64,000 nucleotides of DNA from Gallionellaceae bacterium (lineage in GTDB: Bacteria; Pseudomonadota; Gammaproteobacteria; Burkholderiales; Gallionellaceae): the NCBI GenBank assembly GCA_032654645.1, contig JAULAW010000005.1, positions 741,541-805,540 of the forward strand. The letters are read 5' to 3'. The position numbers and the translations under genes were made by a program. The notes under the pieces were generated by a model that searched no databases, was not told where the DNA came from, and saw only the letters and a program-made list of their open reading frames with translations. Below, one piece after another: positions 1 through 9,354 of the stretch. Numbering within the stretch: the first letter of the stretch is position 1; the number at the start of each line of letters is the position of its first letter.

Positions 1-489
1 AAAAATCAGGTCGATGTCGGAGGAGACATTCAGTTCGCCGCCGCCCAGCTTGCCCATGCCGATTACCAGCAACTGTTGCGGCGCGCCGCTGAAGACACCC
101 ATAGGCTGGCCATATTGCGCGGCCAGCGACTGCATGACAAAAGCCTGCGCGCGCCGCACGGCAAGTTCCGCCAGCGCCGTCATGCAGGCCATCACTTCGT
201 TCAGGTCGGCCAGCCCGCCCAGATCGCGCGCAAGCAGCTTGAGCATCACGCGCTTGCGCAGGCGGCGCAACGCGCGCGACAGCGAGTCTTCGTCCGTAAT
301 TGGCATCGCGTCCAGCCAGGCTTCCATTTCTGCGGCGTTGCACGGTTGCGCGTAATGCGCGCGCAACCATGGCAGCAGTTCGCCCGTGGTATCGCTGTCG
401 AGCAGGCGTTGCACATAACGGCTACAGCGAAGGGTGCGCTGCAAAACGGCGTCAAAATCGGCTGTGGCGGGAGTGATGGCGGTATTCAT
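1..489 (-). CDS. glnE: glutamine synthetase adenylyltransferase GlnE, N-terminal part (gene runs off the window start)
   Basis: Not in ORF track (no stop in window). Reverse translation from ATG at 489..487 gives MNTAITPATADFDAVLQRTLRCSRYVQRLL...QQLLVIGMGKLGGGELNVSSDIDLIF. This carries the GlnE nucleotidyltransferase signature GKLGGxELxxSSDIDLIF. Confidence 0.8.
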   Translation of the reverse strand, partial: MNTAITPATADFDAVLQRTLRCSRYVQRLLDSDTTGELLPWLRAHYAQPCNAAEMEAWLDAMPITDEDSLSRALRRLRKRVMLKLLARDLGGLADLNEVMACMTALAELAVRRAQAFVMQSLAAQYGQPMGVFSGAPQQLLVIGMGKLGGGELNVSSDIDLIF

Positions 490-530
490 GGCGTGGGCAG
501 GTTCCTTAACGTGAAACTCGCGCAGCGACT

Positions 531-585
531 CGTTCGCCCCCTCTCCCTCTGGGGGAGGGTTGGGGTGGGGGAACGGGCATGGCCA
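531..585. repeat. GC-rich palindromic REP-like element (family 1, CCCTCTCCC..GGGAGGG / GGTTGGGGTGGGGG type)
   Basis: Imperfect palindrome cgccccctctccctctgggggagggttggggtggggg in the glnE/yhdP intergenic region. Related copies at about 10603, 10975, 28105, 47238, 48805 and 62470. Confidence 0.7.
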
Positions 586-721
586 GTTTCATTATCATGG
601 GCGGCACTGCTGCCATGCCCGTTAGGTTAAAATGCGCGTTCATCATGCCCCATTATAAATCCCCCCTGACGGTTTCTCACGGAATGGTTTTCCGCTCTGT
701 TGGGTATCGCATAACCTTGTT

Positions 722-3700
722 ATGGCCGCATGGCCATCCTGCCTTATGTTAAAAGCTTCCATGCATTTTGCCTGGAAGGGCATCGGCCATTTATCCCGCA
801 TTACGCTGGTTGGCGCGGGGTTGCTTACGCTTGCCGGTGCAAGCCTGATACTGGGGTTGCGTTATTGGATATTGCCGGACATTGAGCGGTATCACGGCAT
901 TATTACTGTCTCTGTCAGCCAAGCCATCGGGCAGCCGGTTTCCATCGACAAGATTGAAGCCGATTGGCGTGGCATACGCCCCCATTTGCGGCTCACCGAT
1001 GTGCATGTCCTGGATAAGCATGGCCAGACCGCACTGGCGTTGGAACACGTGGATGGCGTTGTGTCGTGGATGACCGTGCTGACTGGCCAGATGCACTTGC
1101 ACAGCCTGGAGCTTGACCAGCCGAACCTGGTGGTCAAGCGAGATACGCAAGGCCTGCTGTATATCGCCGGAGTGGCGCTGTCCGATCAATCTTCGGATAA
1201 GAAACTGGCGGATTGGTTGCTGCATCAGGCGCGTATCGTGGTGCGCGATGCGCGCATTACCTGGCAGGATGAGCAGCGTGCAACCCCGGCTCTGGCATTT
1301 GATCAAGTAAACTTGCTCATCGAGAGCAGCGGGCTCATTGGGGAAAACGGATCACGCCATCGTTTTGCTTTGCGTGCGTTGCCTCCGGCGGAGTTGTCTG
1401 CGCAGATTGACTTGCGCGGCGATTTCTACAGCAATAACTTTGATGACCTGAATACCTGGCACGGTCATCTATACACCCAGCTTGACTATGCCGATGTAGG
1501 CGCATGGCGCACATGGCTGCCACTGCCGCCTGGCTTCAAGAACGGCATGGGCGCATTGCGCAGTTGGGTGGATGTCGATGCAGGAAAAGTGGTTCGGTTG
1601 ACTGCCGATCTCGCGCTGGAAAATGTTCTGGCGCGATTGGCAGATGATCTGCCGCCACTCGATTTACGCACACTGCGCGGGCGTGTCGCCTGGCAGGAGA
1701 TGGCACATGGATCGGAAATTTCGACGCGCAAATTATCGTTGCAGATGAATAATGGCCTGCTGTTGCAGCCTACCGATTTCTACCTGCGCCTTGCTTCCGC
1801 CAAAGATAATAAACCTGCCAGTGGCGAGGTGCGTGCCAATATGCTGGAACTGTCCAATCTGGTTGGTATGACGGATTACCTGCCGCTGGAGCGCAATTTA
1901 AAAAAGCAGCTTACCGAATTCGCGCCGCAAGGGCAGGTCTCCTACTTGCAAGCTAAATGGCAGGGCGATGCGGATAAGTTGACTTATTACGATATCAAGG
2001 CGCGCTTTGACGAGTTATCCTTGAAGCGCGTAGGCAACCTACCCGGATTTAGCGGGCTGAGCGGTGAAATAAATGGCAACAACACCGGCGGCACACTGGC
2101 GCTGAATGCGCGCAAGCTGATGGTGGACGCGCCGCAAATCATGCCGGAACCACTGGATTTCGACACGCTCACCGCGCAAGGCAGTTGGCGCTCGGACGAG
2201 CAGGGAATGGACATAAAATTCAGCAACGTTTCCGTCGCCAATACCGATCTCGCCGGAAATATTTATGGCAGCTTCCAGACCAAGCAGAATAGCCCGGGCC
2301 TGATCGATCTGACCATCCTGCTGACGCGAGGCGCCGTGCGCCATGCGGACCGTTATATCCCGCTGGTCGCGCTGGACAAGGAAACCCATACCTGGATACG
2401 GACGGCGATGCTTGATGGACAGGCCGATGATTTCCGCCTGCGTTTGAAAGGAGACCTGAACGATTTTCCTTTCCCGGAAAATAAAAAAGGCATATTTCAG
2501 GTGCAGATGCGCGCCAAGGGAGTAGCGGTAGAGTACGCCAAGGCTTGGCCGCGCATAGACAACATTACCGGCGAGTTGCTGATACAGGGCAAGCGGCTGG
2601 AGGTGATTGCGCCGTCCGCCATGACAGTGGGTGGGCGCCTGCAGAAAGTCAGCGTGATTTTGCCGGACATGGCAAGCACCAACCTGTTGTTGCAAGTGCG
2701 CGGCGAAGCGGTGGGCGAGACTGCGCGCTGTCTTGACTTCATCCAGAAAAGCCCGGTGCGCGGCTATATTGATGGCTTCACCGATAACATGACGGCGCGC
2801 GGCAATGGCAAGCTTAATCTGAAGGTGGATATTCCTCTGGGCGGCAGCAAGCCGGCGGCCGTTTCCGGCAGTTATTTTTTCACTGACAATGAAGTGAAAC
2901 TGGGCGACGCAGTGCCTGTCTTGCACAAAGCAAATGGCGAGTTGCAGTTCACGGAATCCTTGATGCACATGCAGAATGCCAGCGCGCAAATTCTCGACGG
3001 CCCGGCCACGCTGGAGGTGCAGAGCGGTGCGGACGGGGCGGTGAATGCCAAGGTGCGCGGCAGGGCTAATCTGGACTCGCTGCGCAAGAGCGCGGCGCAT
3101 CCGCTGTTGCGTTACCTGCACGGCGAAAGCGAATGGGAGGCGGCGATCACGGTCCAGAAAAAACTGACCGATGTGCTGGTTATTTCAAATCTGGCCGGCT
3201 TGAGTTCCGACTTGCCAGCGCCGTTCGCCAAGAGCGTGAACGAAATTATTCCGCTGCGTTTTGAGATGCTGAGCGTGACAGCGCAACAAGATGTGATTAC
3301 CCTGCAATATGGCAAACTGCTCTCTGCGAAATTGTTGCGCCGCGAAGAAGGTGGCGACTGGGCCATCAAGCACGGCACGGTAAATTTTGGCGATACCGCC
3401 AGGTGGCTGCCCAAGGATGGCGTGTGGCTCACAGGTACTGTGCCGCAGTTGCCTCTGGAGGGTTGGTTGGGTCTGGTTGGCGCATCCGGCGGAACAACAC
3501 CAGTCAGCATTGCGGGAGCCGACCTGTTGATCCAGAACCTGAGCGCATATGGCTACAAGGTAAAAGACTTGCGCGTCAATGCGCGCAGCAACAATAGCAC
3601 ACTCACTGCGCAACTGGCTTCCAGGGAAACAAACGGTGAAGTGATCTGGCAAGCGCAGGGCGAAGGCAAGCTGGTTGCACATCTCAGGAATCTGTCCCTG

Positions 3701-4624
3701 GAAAAGGAGGAGAACGGCAAAAAAGAGAATGGCGCACACAAACCTGCTGCAGCGGGCAATCTTGACGAAAGCGCCGCCAATACCGAAATTCCCATGCTTG
3801 ACCTGACGGTGGATGAATTTACGCTCAGGGGAAAACAGCTCGGACGCCTGGAATTGCTGGCGCACCAACACGAGAGCGACTGGTTGCTGGAGCACATGCG
3901 CATCACCAATCCGGATGGGGTGTTGACTGCGGACGGGAAGTACCACGTGGCGGACGGCAAGGCGCAGACACGGCTCAACCTCAAGCTTGAAATCGGCAAT
4001 GCGGGGAAAATGCTCGCCCGTTCCGGCTATCCAAATAGCGTCAAGAATGGCAGCGGCAAGCTCGAAGGCGAATTTGCATGGGGCAACAGGCCGGACGAAT
4101 TCAGCCACGCCACGCTGGACGGCACACTTAAACTGGATACGGGCAAAGGGCAATTTCTGAAGATAGACCCAGGCATCGGCAAGCTGCTCGGCATCCTGAG
4201 CCTGCAAGCCCTGCCCAAGCACATTACGCTGGACTTCACCGACGTGTTCAGCGAGGGTTTTGCGTTCGACAGCATCACCGGCACGGCGCAGATCAAGCAG
4301 GGCGTTCTGACGACTAATGACTTCAGGATAGACGGCTCATCCGCCAAGGTGACCATGCAGGGGCAAGTCGACCTGAGCCGTGAAACGCAAAACCTGCGCA
4401 TCCGTATCCTGCCCACGGTGGGAAACAGCGTATCGCTGTTGGGTGCGATTGCCAGCGGGCCGGTGGTGGGCATCGGGACTTTCATCATCAGCAAACTTTT
4501 GCGCGATCCGCTCGATAAGTTGGCGTCGTTTGAATACAATGTGACGGGTACCTGGGCCGACCCGAACGTAGCCAAGGCGGGACAGCAAAACGGCGGGTCA
4601 ACCGGCAAAGAAAACAATCCTTAG
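722..4624 (+). CDS. YhdP/AsmA-like large envelope protein (TIGR02099/DUF3971-type)
   Basis: 1300-aa ORF with an N-terminal TM segment (LVGAGLLTLAGASLILGL) and a C-terminal hydrophobic anchor. Position between glnE and C-N hydrolase/tldD is typical. Exact start (722-760) is uncertain. Confidence 0.75.
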   Translation: MAAWPSCLMLKASMHFAWKGIGHLSRITLVGAGLLTLAGASLILGLRYWILPDIERYHGIITVSVSQAIGQPVSIDKIEADWRGIRPHLRLTDVHVLDKHGQTALALEHVDGVVSWMTVLTGQMHLHSLELDQPNLVVKRDTQGLLYIAGVALSDQSSDKKLADWLLHQARIVVRDARITWQDEQRATPALAFDQVNLLIESSGLIGENGSRHRFALRALPPAELSAQIDLRGDFYSNNFDDLNTWHGHLYTQLDYADVGAWRTWLPLPPGFKNGMGALRSWVDVDAGKVVRLTADLALENVLARLADDLPPLDLRTLRGRVAWQEMAHGSEISTRKLSLQMNNGLLLQPTDFYLRLASAKDNKPASGEVRANMLELSNLVGMTDYLPLERNLKKQLTEFAPQGQVSYLQAKWQGDADKLTYYDIKARFDELSLKRVGNLPGFSGLSGEINGNNTGGTLALNARKLMVDAPQIMPEPLDFDTLTAQGSWRSDEQGMDIKFSNVSVANTDLAGNIYGSFQTKQNSPGLIDLTILLTRGAVRHADRYIPLVALDKETHTWIRTAMLDGQADDFRLRLKGDLNDFPFPENKKGIFQVQMRAKGVAVEYAKAWPRIDNITGELLIQGKRLEVIAPSAMTVGGRLQKVSVILPDMASTNLLLQVRGEAVGETARCLDFIQKSPVRGYIDGFTDNMTARGNGKLNLKVDIPLGGSKPAAVSGSYFFTDNEVKLGDAVPVLHKANGELQFTESLMHMQNASAQILDGPATLEVQSGADGAVNAKVRGRANLDSLRKSAAHPLLRYLHGESEWEAAITVQKKLTDVLVISNLAGLSSDLPAPFAKSVNEIIPLRFEMLSVTAQQDVITLQYGKLLSAKLLRREEGGDWAIKHGTVNFGDTARWLPKDGVWLTGTVPQLPLEGWLGLVGASGGTTPVSIAGADLLIQNLSAYGYKVKDLRVNARSNNSTLTAQLASRETNGEVIWQAQGEGKLVAHLRNLSLEKEENGKKENGAHKPAAAGNLDESAANTEIPMLDLTVDEFTLRGKQLGRLELLAHQHESDWLLEHMRITNPDGVLTADGKYHVADGKAQTRLNLKLEIGNAGKMLARSGYPNSVKNGSGKLEGEFAWGNRPDEFSHATLDGTLKLDTGKGQFLKIDPGIGKLLGILSLQALPKHITLDFTDVFSEGFAFDSITGTAQIKQGVLTTNDFRIDGSSAKVTMQGQVDLSRETQNLRIRILPTVGNSVSLLGAIASGPVVGIGTFIISKLLRDPLDKLASFEYNVTGTWADPNVAKAGQQNGGSTGKENNP

Positions 4625-4636
4625 GAAAGCGTAAAC

Positions 4637-5491
4637 ATGTCAGATGTAAATTCCACCCAGCAGCGCATCGCCGCACAAACCAAGGCTTTCAAGGTTGCCG
4701 CCGTGCAGATGGCTTCCGGCCCGAATATCGCGGGCAACCTGAGCGAGGCGGGTCGCCTGATCGGGATGGCCGTGGATCAAGGCGCGCGGCTGGTGGTGCT
4801 GCCGGAATATTTTCCCATCATGGGGATGAATGAAATGGACAAGGTGGGAGTGCGCGAGCAGTCGGGCAGCGGAATGATCCAGTCTTTCCTGAGCGAGACC
4901 GCGCGCAAGCACAAAATCTGGCTGGTCGGGGGGTCCATTCCGCTGGCTGCCAGCACACCGGACAAAGTGCTTAACACCTGCCTGGTGTTTGACGAAACCG
5001 GCGCGCAGGTGGCGCGTTACGACAAGATCCATTTGTTCAATCTTGTTCTCGGTAGCGAGCACTACCATGAGGCCAAAACTATCGAGCCGGGCAAACAAGT
5101 GGTGGTAGTGGACAGCCCGTTCGGGCGCATCGGACTTGCGGTGTGTTACGACTTGCGTTTCCCCGAGCTGTTCCGCGCCATGCATGATGTGGATATCATC
5201 ACGCTGCCTGCCGCCTTCACCGAGACTACCGGCAAGATGCACTGGGAGGTATTGGTGCGCGCCCGCGCCATCGAGAACCTGGCGTATGTGGTGGCGGCAG
5301 CGCAGGGCGGCTATCATGTCAGCGGACGTGAGACGCACGGCAACAGCATGATCGTCGATCCGTGGGGGCGTGTGCTGGATCGCCTGCCGCGCGGCTCCGG
5401 GGTGGTGGTCGCGGAAATAAATCCATCTTATCAGGCCAGCCTGCGTGCCAGCTTGCCGGCTTTGTCGCACCGCACGCTGCGCAGTTGTTGA
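4637..5491 (+). CDS. carbon-nitrogen hydrolase family protein (nitrilase superfamily)
   Basis: 284-aa ORF with the E-K-C triad context (VVLPEYF ... YDKIHLF ... GLAVCYDLRFPELF). Confidence 0.85.
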   Translation: MSDVNSTQQRIAAQTKAFKVAAVQMASGPNIAGNLSEAGRLIGMAVDQGARLVVLPEYFPIMGMNEMDKVGVREQSGSGMIQSFLSETARKHKIWLVGGSIPLAASTPDKVLNTCLVFDETGAQVARYDKIHLFNLVLGSEHYHEAKTIEPGKQVVVVDSPFGRIGLAVCYDLRFPELFRAMHDVDIITLPAAFTETTGKMHWEVLVRARAIENLAYVVAAAQGGYHVSGRETHGNSMIVDPWGRVLDRLPRGSGVVVAEINPSYQASLRASLPALSHRTLRSC

Positions 5492-5569
5492 GCGCCCTGC
5501 GGCTTGCATTCAAGGAACCAGCCCTGTATGGGGCTGTCGTTGTTGCTGTAATGAAAGGTTCGAATTCCC

Positions 5570-7024
5570 ATGGTGGCGAGAATGCAAAACGATACAATGT
5601 TTAACCTTGCGCAACAGTCCCTGCTGGCGCCTCACGCTCTGGATACGCGCCACCTGCAACAGGTGTTCGGCAAAATGCTGGCGCACCGGCTGGACTACGC
5701 CGACCTGTATTTCCAGTACAGCCGCGCGGAAAGCTGGTCGCTGGAAGAGGGCATCGTCAAGTCTGGCAACTTCAGCATAGATCAGGGCGTGGGCGTGCGC
5801 GCGGTGAGCGGCGAAAAAACAGCCTTCGCTTATTCCGATGACATCAGCCTTGCCGCGCTGGAAAATGCTGCGCTGGCCACACGCGCGATTGCACGGCAGG
5901 GCGGGAAACAGACCGTGCCGATATTGCATGAAGGCAAGCAGCGTAACCTGTACCTTCCGCACGATCCCATTGCCAGCCTGAACGCAGCCGACAAGGTCGC
6001 GCTGCTGGAGCGGTTGGAGCGCTATGCGCGTTCCATCGATCCGCGCGTGACGCAAGTGATGGCGGGACTGGCGGGTGAATATGATGTGGTGCTGGTGTCG
6101 CGCAGCGACGGCCTGTTGAATGCCGACATCCGCCCGCTGGTGCGCCTGTCCTTGCAGGTGATTGTGGAAAGCGCTGGCCGGCGCGAGCAAGGCTCCGCTG
6201 GCGGCGGCGGGCGCTTCGGCTACGATTATTTTACCGATGAAGTGCTGCGCGATTACGCCGCCAAGGCGGTGCACCAGGCAGTAATCAATCTCGATGCCAG
6301 GCCCGCACTGGCGGGCAACATGACCGTGGTGCTGGGTTCCGGCTGGCCCGGCATCCTGCTGCACGAGGCGGTGGGACATGGACTGGAAGGCGATTTCAAC
6401 CGCAAGGGCAGCTCCACTTTTTCCGGGCGTGTCGGCCAGCGTGTTGCCGCAAAAGGCGTGACGGTGGTGGACGATGGCACCATCGCCAACCGGCGCGGCT
6501 CGTTGCAAATGGATGACGAGGGCAATCCCACGCAGCGCACCGTATTGATCGAGGATGGCATCCTCAAGGGCTATTTGCAGGACACGTTGAACGCGCGCCT
6601 GATGGGTGTGCCGGTCACCGGCAACGCGCGGCGCGAATCCTACGCGCACCTGCCGATGCCGCGCATGACCAACACCACCATGCTCAGCGGCGACAGGAGC
6701 CGGGAGGAAATCATCGCCTCGGTCAAGCACGGACTGTATGCCGCCAACTTCGGCGGCGGGCAGGTGGATATCACCAGTGGCAAGTTCGTGTTCTCCACTA
6801 CCGAAGCCTACATGATCGAAGACGGCAGGATCACCTATCCGGTGAAAGGCGCGACGCTGATCGGCAACGGCCCGGAAGCGCTCACCCGCATATCCATGAT
6901 AGGCAACGACATGGCGCTCGACCCCGGTGTCGGCACCTGCGGCAAGGAAGGCCAGAGCGTGCCGGTCGGCGTGGGGCAGCCGACGGTGAGGATTGATGGG
7001 CTGACGGTGGGCGGGACGGCCTGA
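5570..7024 (+). CDS. tldD: metalloprotease TldD
   Basis: [12 protein letters not shown] zinc motif and C-terminus [30 protein letters not shown]. The start may instead be ATG 5597 ([10 protein letters not shown]...). Confidence 0.9.
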   Translation: MVARMQNDTMFNLAQQSLLAPHALDTRHLQQVFGKMLAHRLDYADLYFQYSRAESWSLEEGIVKSGNFSIDQGVGVRAVSGEKTAFAYSDDISLAALENAALATRAIARQGGKQTVPILHEGKQRNLYLPHDPIASLNAADKVALLERLERYARSIDPRVTQVMAGLAGEYDVVLVSRSDGLLNADIRPLVRLSLQVIVESAGRREQGSAGGGGRFGYDYFTDEVLRDYAAKAVHQAVINLDARPALAGNMTVVLGSGWPGILLHEAVGHGLEGDFNRKGSSTFSGRVGQRVAAKGVTVVDDGTIANRRGSLQMDDEGNPTQRTVLIEDGILKGYLQDTLNARLMGVPVTGNARRESYAHLPMPRMTNTTMLSGDRSREEIIASVKHGLYAANFGGGQVDITSGKFVFSTTEAYMIEDGRITYPVKGATLIGNGPEALTRISMIGNDMALDPGVGTCGKEGQSVPVGVGQPTVRIDGLTVGGTA

Positions 7025-7509
7025 TGTTTTATGTTGACCTTTTTTCCGCGCTCGCCCGCCACGAGGTGGATTATCTGCTGATTGGAGGCTTGGCCGTATC
7101 GCTGCATGGTGTGGAGCGCGCAACAATGGATGTGGACATTACCGTCGCGATGAATCCGGACAATCTGGCAGCTTTGATCGAAGCCGCCAGGGAACTCAAA
7201 CTTTCGCCTGTATTGCCCGTTTCGCTTGAATCCCTTCATGATCTGGGATTATTGCGCCAGTGGCGCGCCGAACGCCACCTTGAAGCGTTTGCGTTGCGCA
7301 CACCGGATTTGGCGGGTGTTACTGTTGATGTGTTGCTCTTTCCTCCGGTTGAGTTCGCCGTCATGGCGCCCCGTGCCGACGTGTTTAAAGTTGCGGGCAC
7401 AAACATCCGGGTCGTGTCCATAGATGACCTGATCGCGCTCAAGCAGGCGGTTGGGCGGCCGATAGACCTTGCCGACATCGAGCATCTGCGACGGATCAAG
7501 AAACAATGA
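7024..7509 (+). CDS. putative minimal nucleotidyltransferase-fold protein (cassette gene 1)
   Basis: 161-aa ORF whose ATG overlaps the tldD stop (cTGATGt). Motifs LLIGGLAVSLHG...MDVDI and a C-terminal IDDLIALKQAVGRPIDLADIEHL resemble small NTase/AbiEii-like proteins. This is recognition only. Confidence 0.45.
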   Translation: MFYVDLFSALARHEVDYLLIGGLAVSLHGVERATMDVDITVAMNPDNLAALIEAARELKLSPVLPVSLESLHDLGLLRQWRAERHLEAFALRTPDLAGVTVDVLLFPPVEFAVMAPRADVFKVAGTNIRVVSIDDLIALKQAVGRPIDLADIEHLRRIKKQ

Positions 7510-7685
7510 AAGCAGGCTTTACGTCCGGCGACCGTACCTATTATGTCAGTGACGAACGGCTGCGCGCATTCCGCGCGCTGACCCCGGAGCAAAAGCTGCG
7601 CTGGGTCGAGGAACTGGCAACGTTTCTGAGAATGGCGAAACTCGGCAGTGAACGCCAGCAGGATATTCCGGATGAAGCCGAGTGA
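7506..7685 (+). CDS. small hypothetical protein (cassette gene 2), 59 aa, below the ORF-track cutoff
   Basis: ATGA overlap with the upstream ORF (ATG 7506, upstream stop 7507-7509). Translation MKAGFTSGDRTYYVSDERLRAFRALTPEQKLRWVEELATFLRMAKLGSERQQDIPDEAE. Confidence 0.4.
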   Translation: MKAGFTSGDRTYYVSDERLRAFRALTPEQKLRWVEELATFLRMAKLGSERQQDIPDEAE

Positions 7686-7806
7686 GCACTGGCCGGGCGG
7701 GCTAACGCGCATCACGATGGCAAGCGGCGGCTTGGCGCTGTGGCCTTGGCACCTGCGGCAAGGAAGGCCAGAGCGTGCCGGGGCTGCCGACGGGCGGGAC
7801 GACGTA
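7686..7806 (+). pseudogene. degenerate duplicate of the tldD 3' end
   Basis: 7748..7781 (ggcacctgcggcaaggaaggccagagcgtgccgg) is identical to the tldD segment near 6931-6964. Flanks align to tldD 6860-7024 with internal deletions, reading ...[19 protein letters not shown]. Confidence 0.75.
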
Positions 7807-7936
7807 GGGGCGTATGGCAATACGCCCTCTGATAAGGCGTATGCCACACGCCCCTACGGTATAACCCGCCACACGGGTTTGGCGCCAGGATAAATTTGTT
7901 CTCGGCGAAAAGTGTGGATAAGCGTAGCGCATCCAC
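7804..7936. repeat. REP-like hairpins (gtaggggcgt..acgcccctac and gtggataagcgtagcgcatccac)
   Basis: 10-bp stem at 7804-7813/7848-7857 and a palindrome at 7914-7936. A gtaggggcg...gccctac relative lies at about 55044-55086. Confidence 0.6.
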
Positions 7937-8048
7937 CGTGCCAGCTTAAAAAGGTGTGCTGAAGATTTATTGCCCATTTGTAAAACAATAATTGCGATGT
8001 TGCCACCATTTATTTACGGCTTGATGCTGCTGAATAGTTAAGTGATAA

Positions 8049-8621
8049 ATGCCCGCCCAATTCTCCGACTTCTACAACAGCCTCGACCCCGACCCGGCCA
8101 AGCGCGGCAAGCAGTTCGAGCGCTTCGTTCTGTGGTTCCTCAAGGCCGATCCAGAATGGGCTACCCAGGTTGACCAGGTATGGCTATGGGATGAATGGCC
8201 GGGACGCTGGGGGCCGGACTGCGGCATTGACCTGGTCATACTCCACAAAAACGGCGACCACTGGGCGGTGCAAGTCAAGTGCTACGCGCCCGGCTACGAC
8301 ATCACCAAACACGATGTCGATACATTTCTCAGCGAGTCTAGCCGCAAGGAAATTATTACTCATCGCCTGCTGATCGCCACCACCGACGGTATCGGCGCAA
8401 ACGCTAGAAGAGTTTGTGATGATCACGGAGTCATCCGCTTTCTGCTCTCCGACTTCGAGAAATCCGCGCTGGACTATCCGGCAAACATAAACGAACTCTC
8501 CCAAGCCAAACGCAAACCCCGCCCCGAACCGCGCGACCATCAGGTTGAGGCCGAACCGCAGTCGTACTTGGCCTGCAAACCGCATACCGTGGCCAATGGT
8601 ATGCTGGCCTTTCGCCGATGA
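8049..8621 (+). pseudogene. truncated 5' duplicate of the nuclease-helicase gene (Mrr-like domain only)
   Basis: 8051-8555 is about 98% identical to 9357-9861. A 1-nt indel after gaggcc changes the frame and the ORF stops just before the position of the Walker A motif in the full copy. Confidence 0.8.
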
Positions 8622-8713
8622 AAATTGTCACCGCTACTCCCGTCGATAAAGAATAGACAGGGAACGAGCGCAACGTTATGCTTGCTCAAGCATTGTCAAA
8701 GGAAGAATTCACC

Positions 8714-8983
8714 ATGCCACTCGTCAGTTCGTTTTATGGCATCCTGATTTACATGTATTGGCTCGACACCAAGCAGCATCACTCGCCCCATATACATGCA
8801 GAATATGCCGGTAGCGAGGCTGTGTTTTTGATAGCGGAAAGCGAGTTGCTGGAAGGCTCCATGCCCCCACGGCAAACGCGCCTCATCCAAGCGTGGATCG
8901 AGATTCACCGCGAAGAACTGATGGCTGACTGGGCGCTCGCGATACGCGGCGAAACCCTCGTCAAGATAGACCCCTTGCGCTAG
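8714..8983 (+). CDS. DUF4160 family protein
   Basis: MPLVSSFYGILIYMYWLDTKQHHSPHIHAEY... (FYGI...H.PH(I/F)H motif). RBS aagga lies upstream of ATG 8714. Confidence 0.75.
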   Translation: MPLVSSFYGILIYMYWLDTKQHHSPHIHAEYAGSEAVFLIAESELLEGSMPPRQTRLIQAWIEIHREELMADWALAIRGETLVKIDPLR

Positions 8984-8991
8984 GAGAAAAC

Positions 8992-9249
8992 ATGAACCCA
9001 CGGATTATCGCAGTCACTGCCCACGACGATTACGCACTGCTACTCACCTTTACCAACGGTGAAATACGCCATTTCGACATGACACCTTATCTGGGTTATC
9101 CGGCATTTGAGCCGTTACGCCAAATTGCGTTTTTCAAGCTGGCACGCGCCAGTCACGGCACGGTCACATGGCCAAAAGAAATTGACTTTGACCCTGACAC
9201 CCTTTACCTCGAAGGCCGACCTGCGAAGCTCGAAGAGCAAGCAGCGTAA
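8992..9249 (+). CDS. DUF2442 family protein
   Basis: 85 aa, reading ...DDYALLLTFTNGEIRHFDMTPYL... This is the usual downstream partner of DUF4160. RBS aggag lies 6 nt upstream. Confidence 0.7.
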   Translation: MNPRIIAVTAHDDYALLLTFTNGEIRHFDMTPYLGYPAFEPLRQIAFFKLARASHGTVTWPKEIDFDPDTLYLEGRPAKLEEQAA

Positions 9250-9354
9250 TTGATTGTCACGAACTCAGAACGCGCGAACTTAATCTGAACCTGGCCCTTT
9301 TTATTTTTGAGATACCGTGTCTATCCCGAATTACCCCAAGTGGGATGATTAGCC

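Noticed and set aside
5538-5566. GGTTCGAATTCC, a T-loop-like string suggesting a tRNA between the C-N hydrolase gene and tldD
   Set aside because: The flanking bases do not form a T-stem. No acceptor, D or anticodon arms can be drawn, and there is no CCA-proximal pairing. It is just the tldD upstream region.
5510-7126. Long antisense ORFs opposite well-supported genes: 5510-7126, 16856-17803, 25964-26935, 47704-48747, 52261-53649, 58490-59965, 60657-61679, 2039-3121, 3185-4222
   Set aside because: These are shadow ORFs typical of GC-rich coding DNA. Their translations are Arg/Ala/Gly/His-rich with no motifs, while the opposite strand carries clear family signatures.
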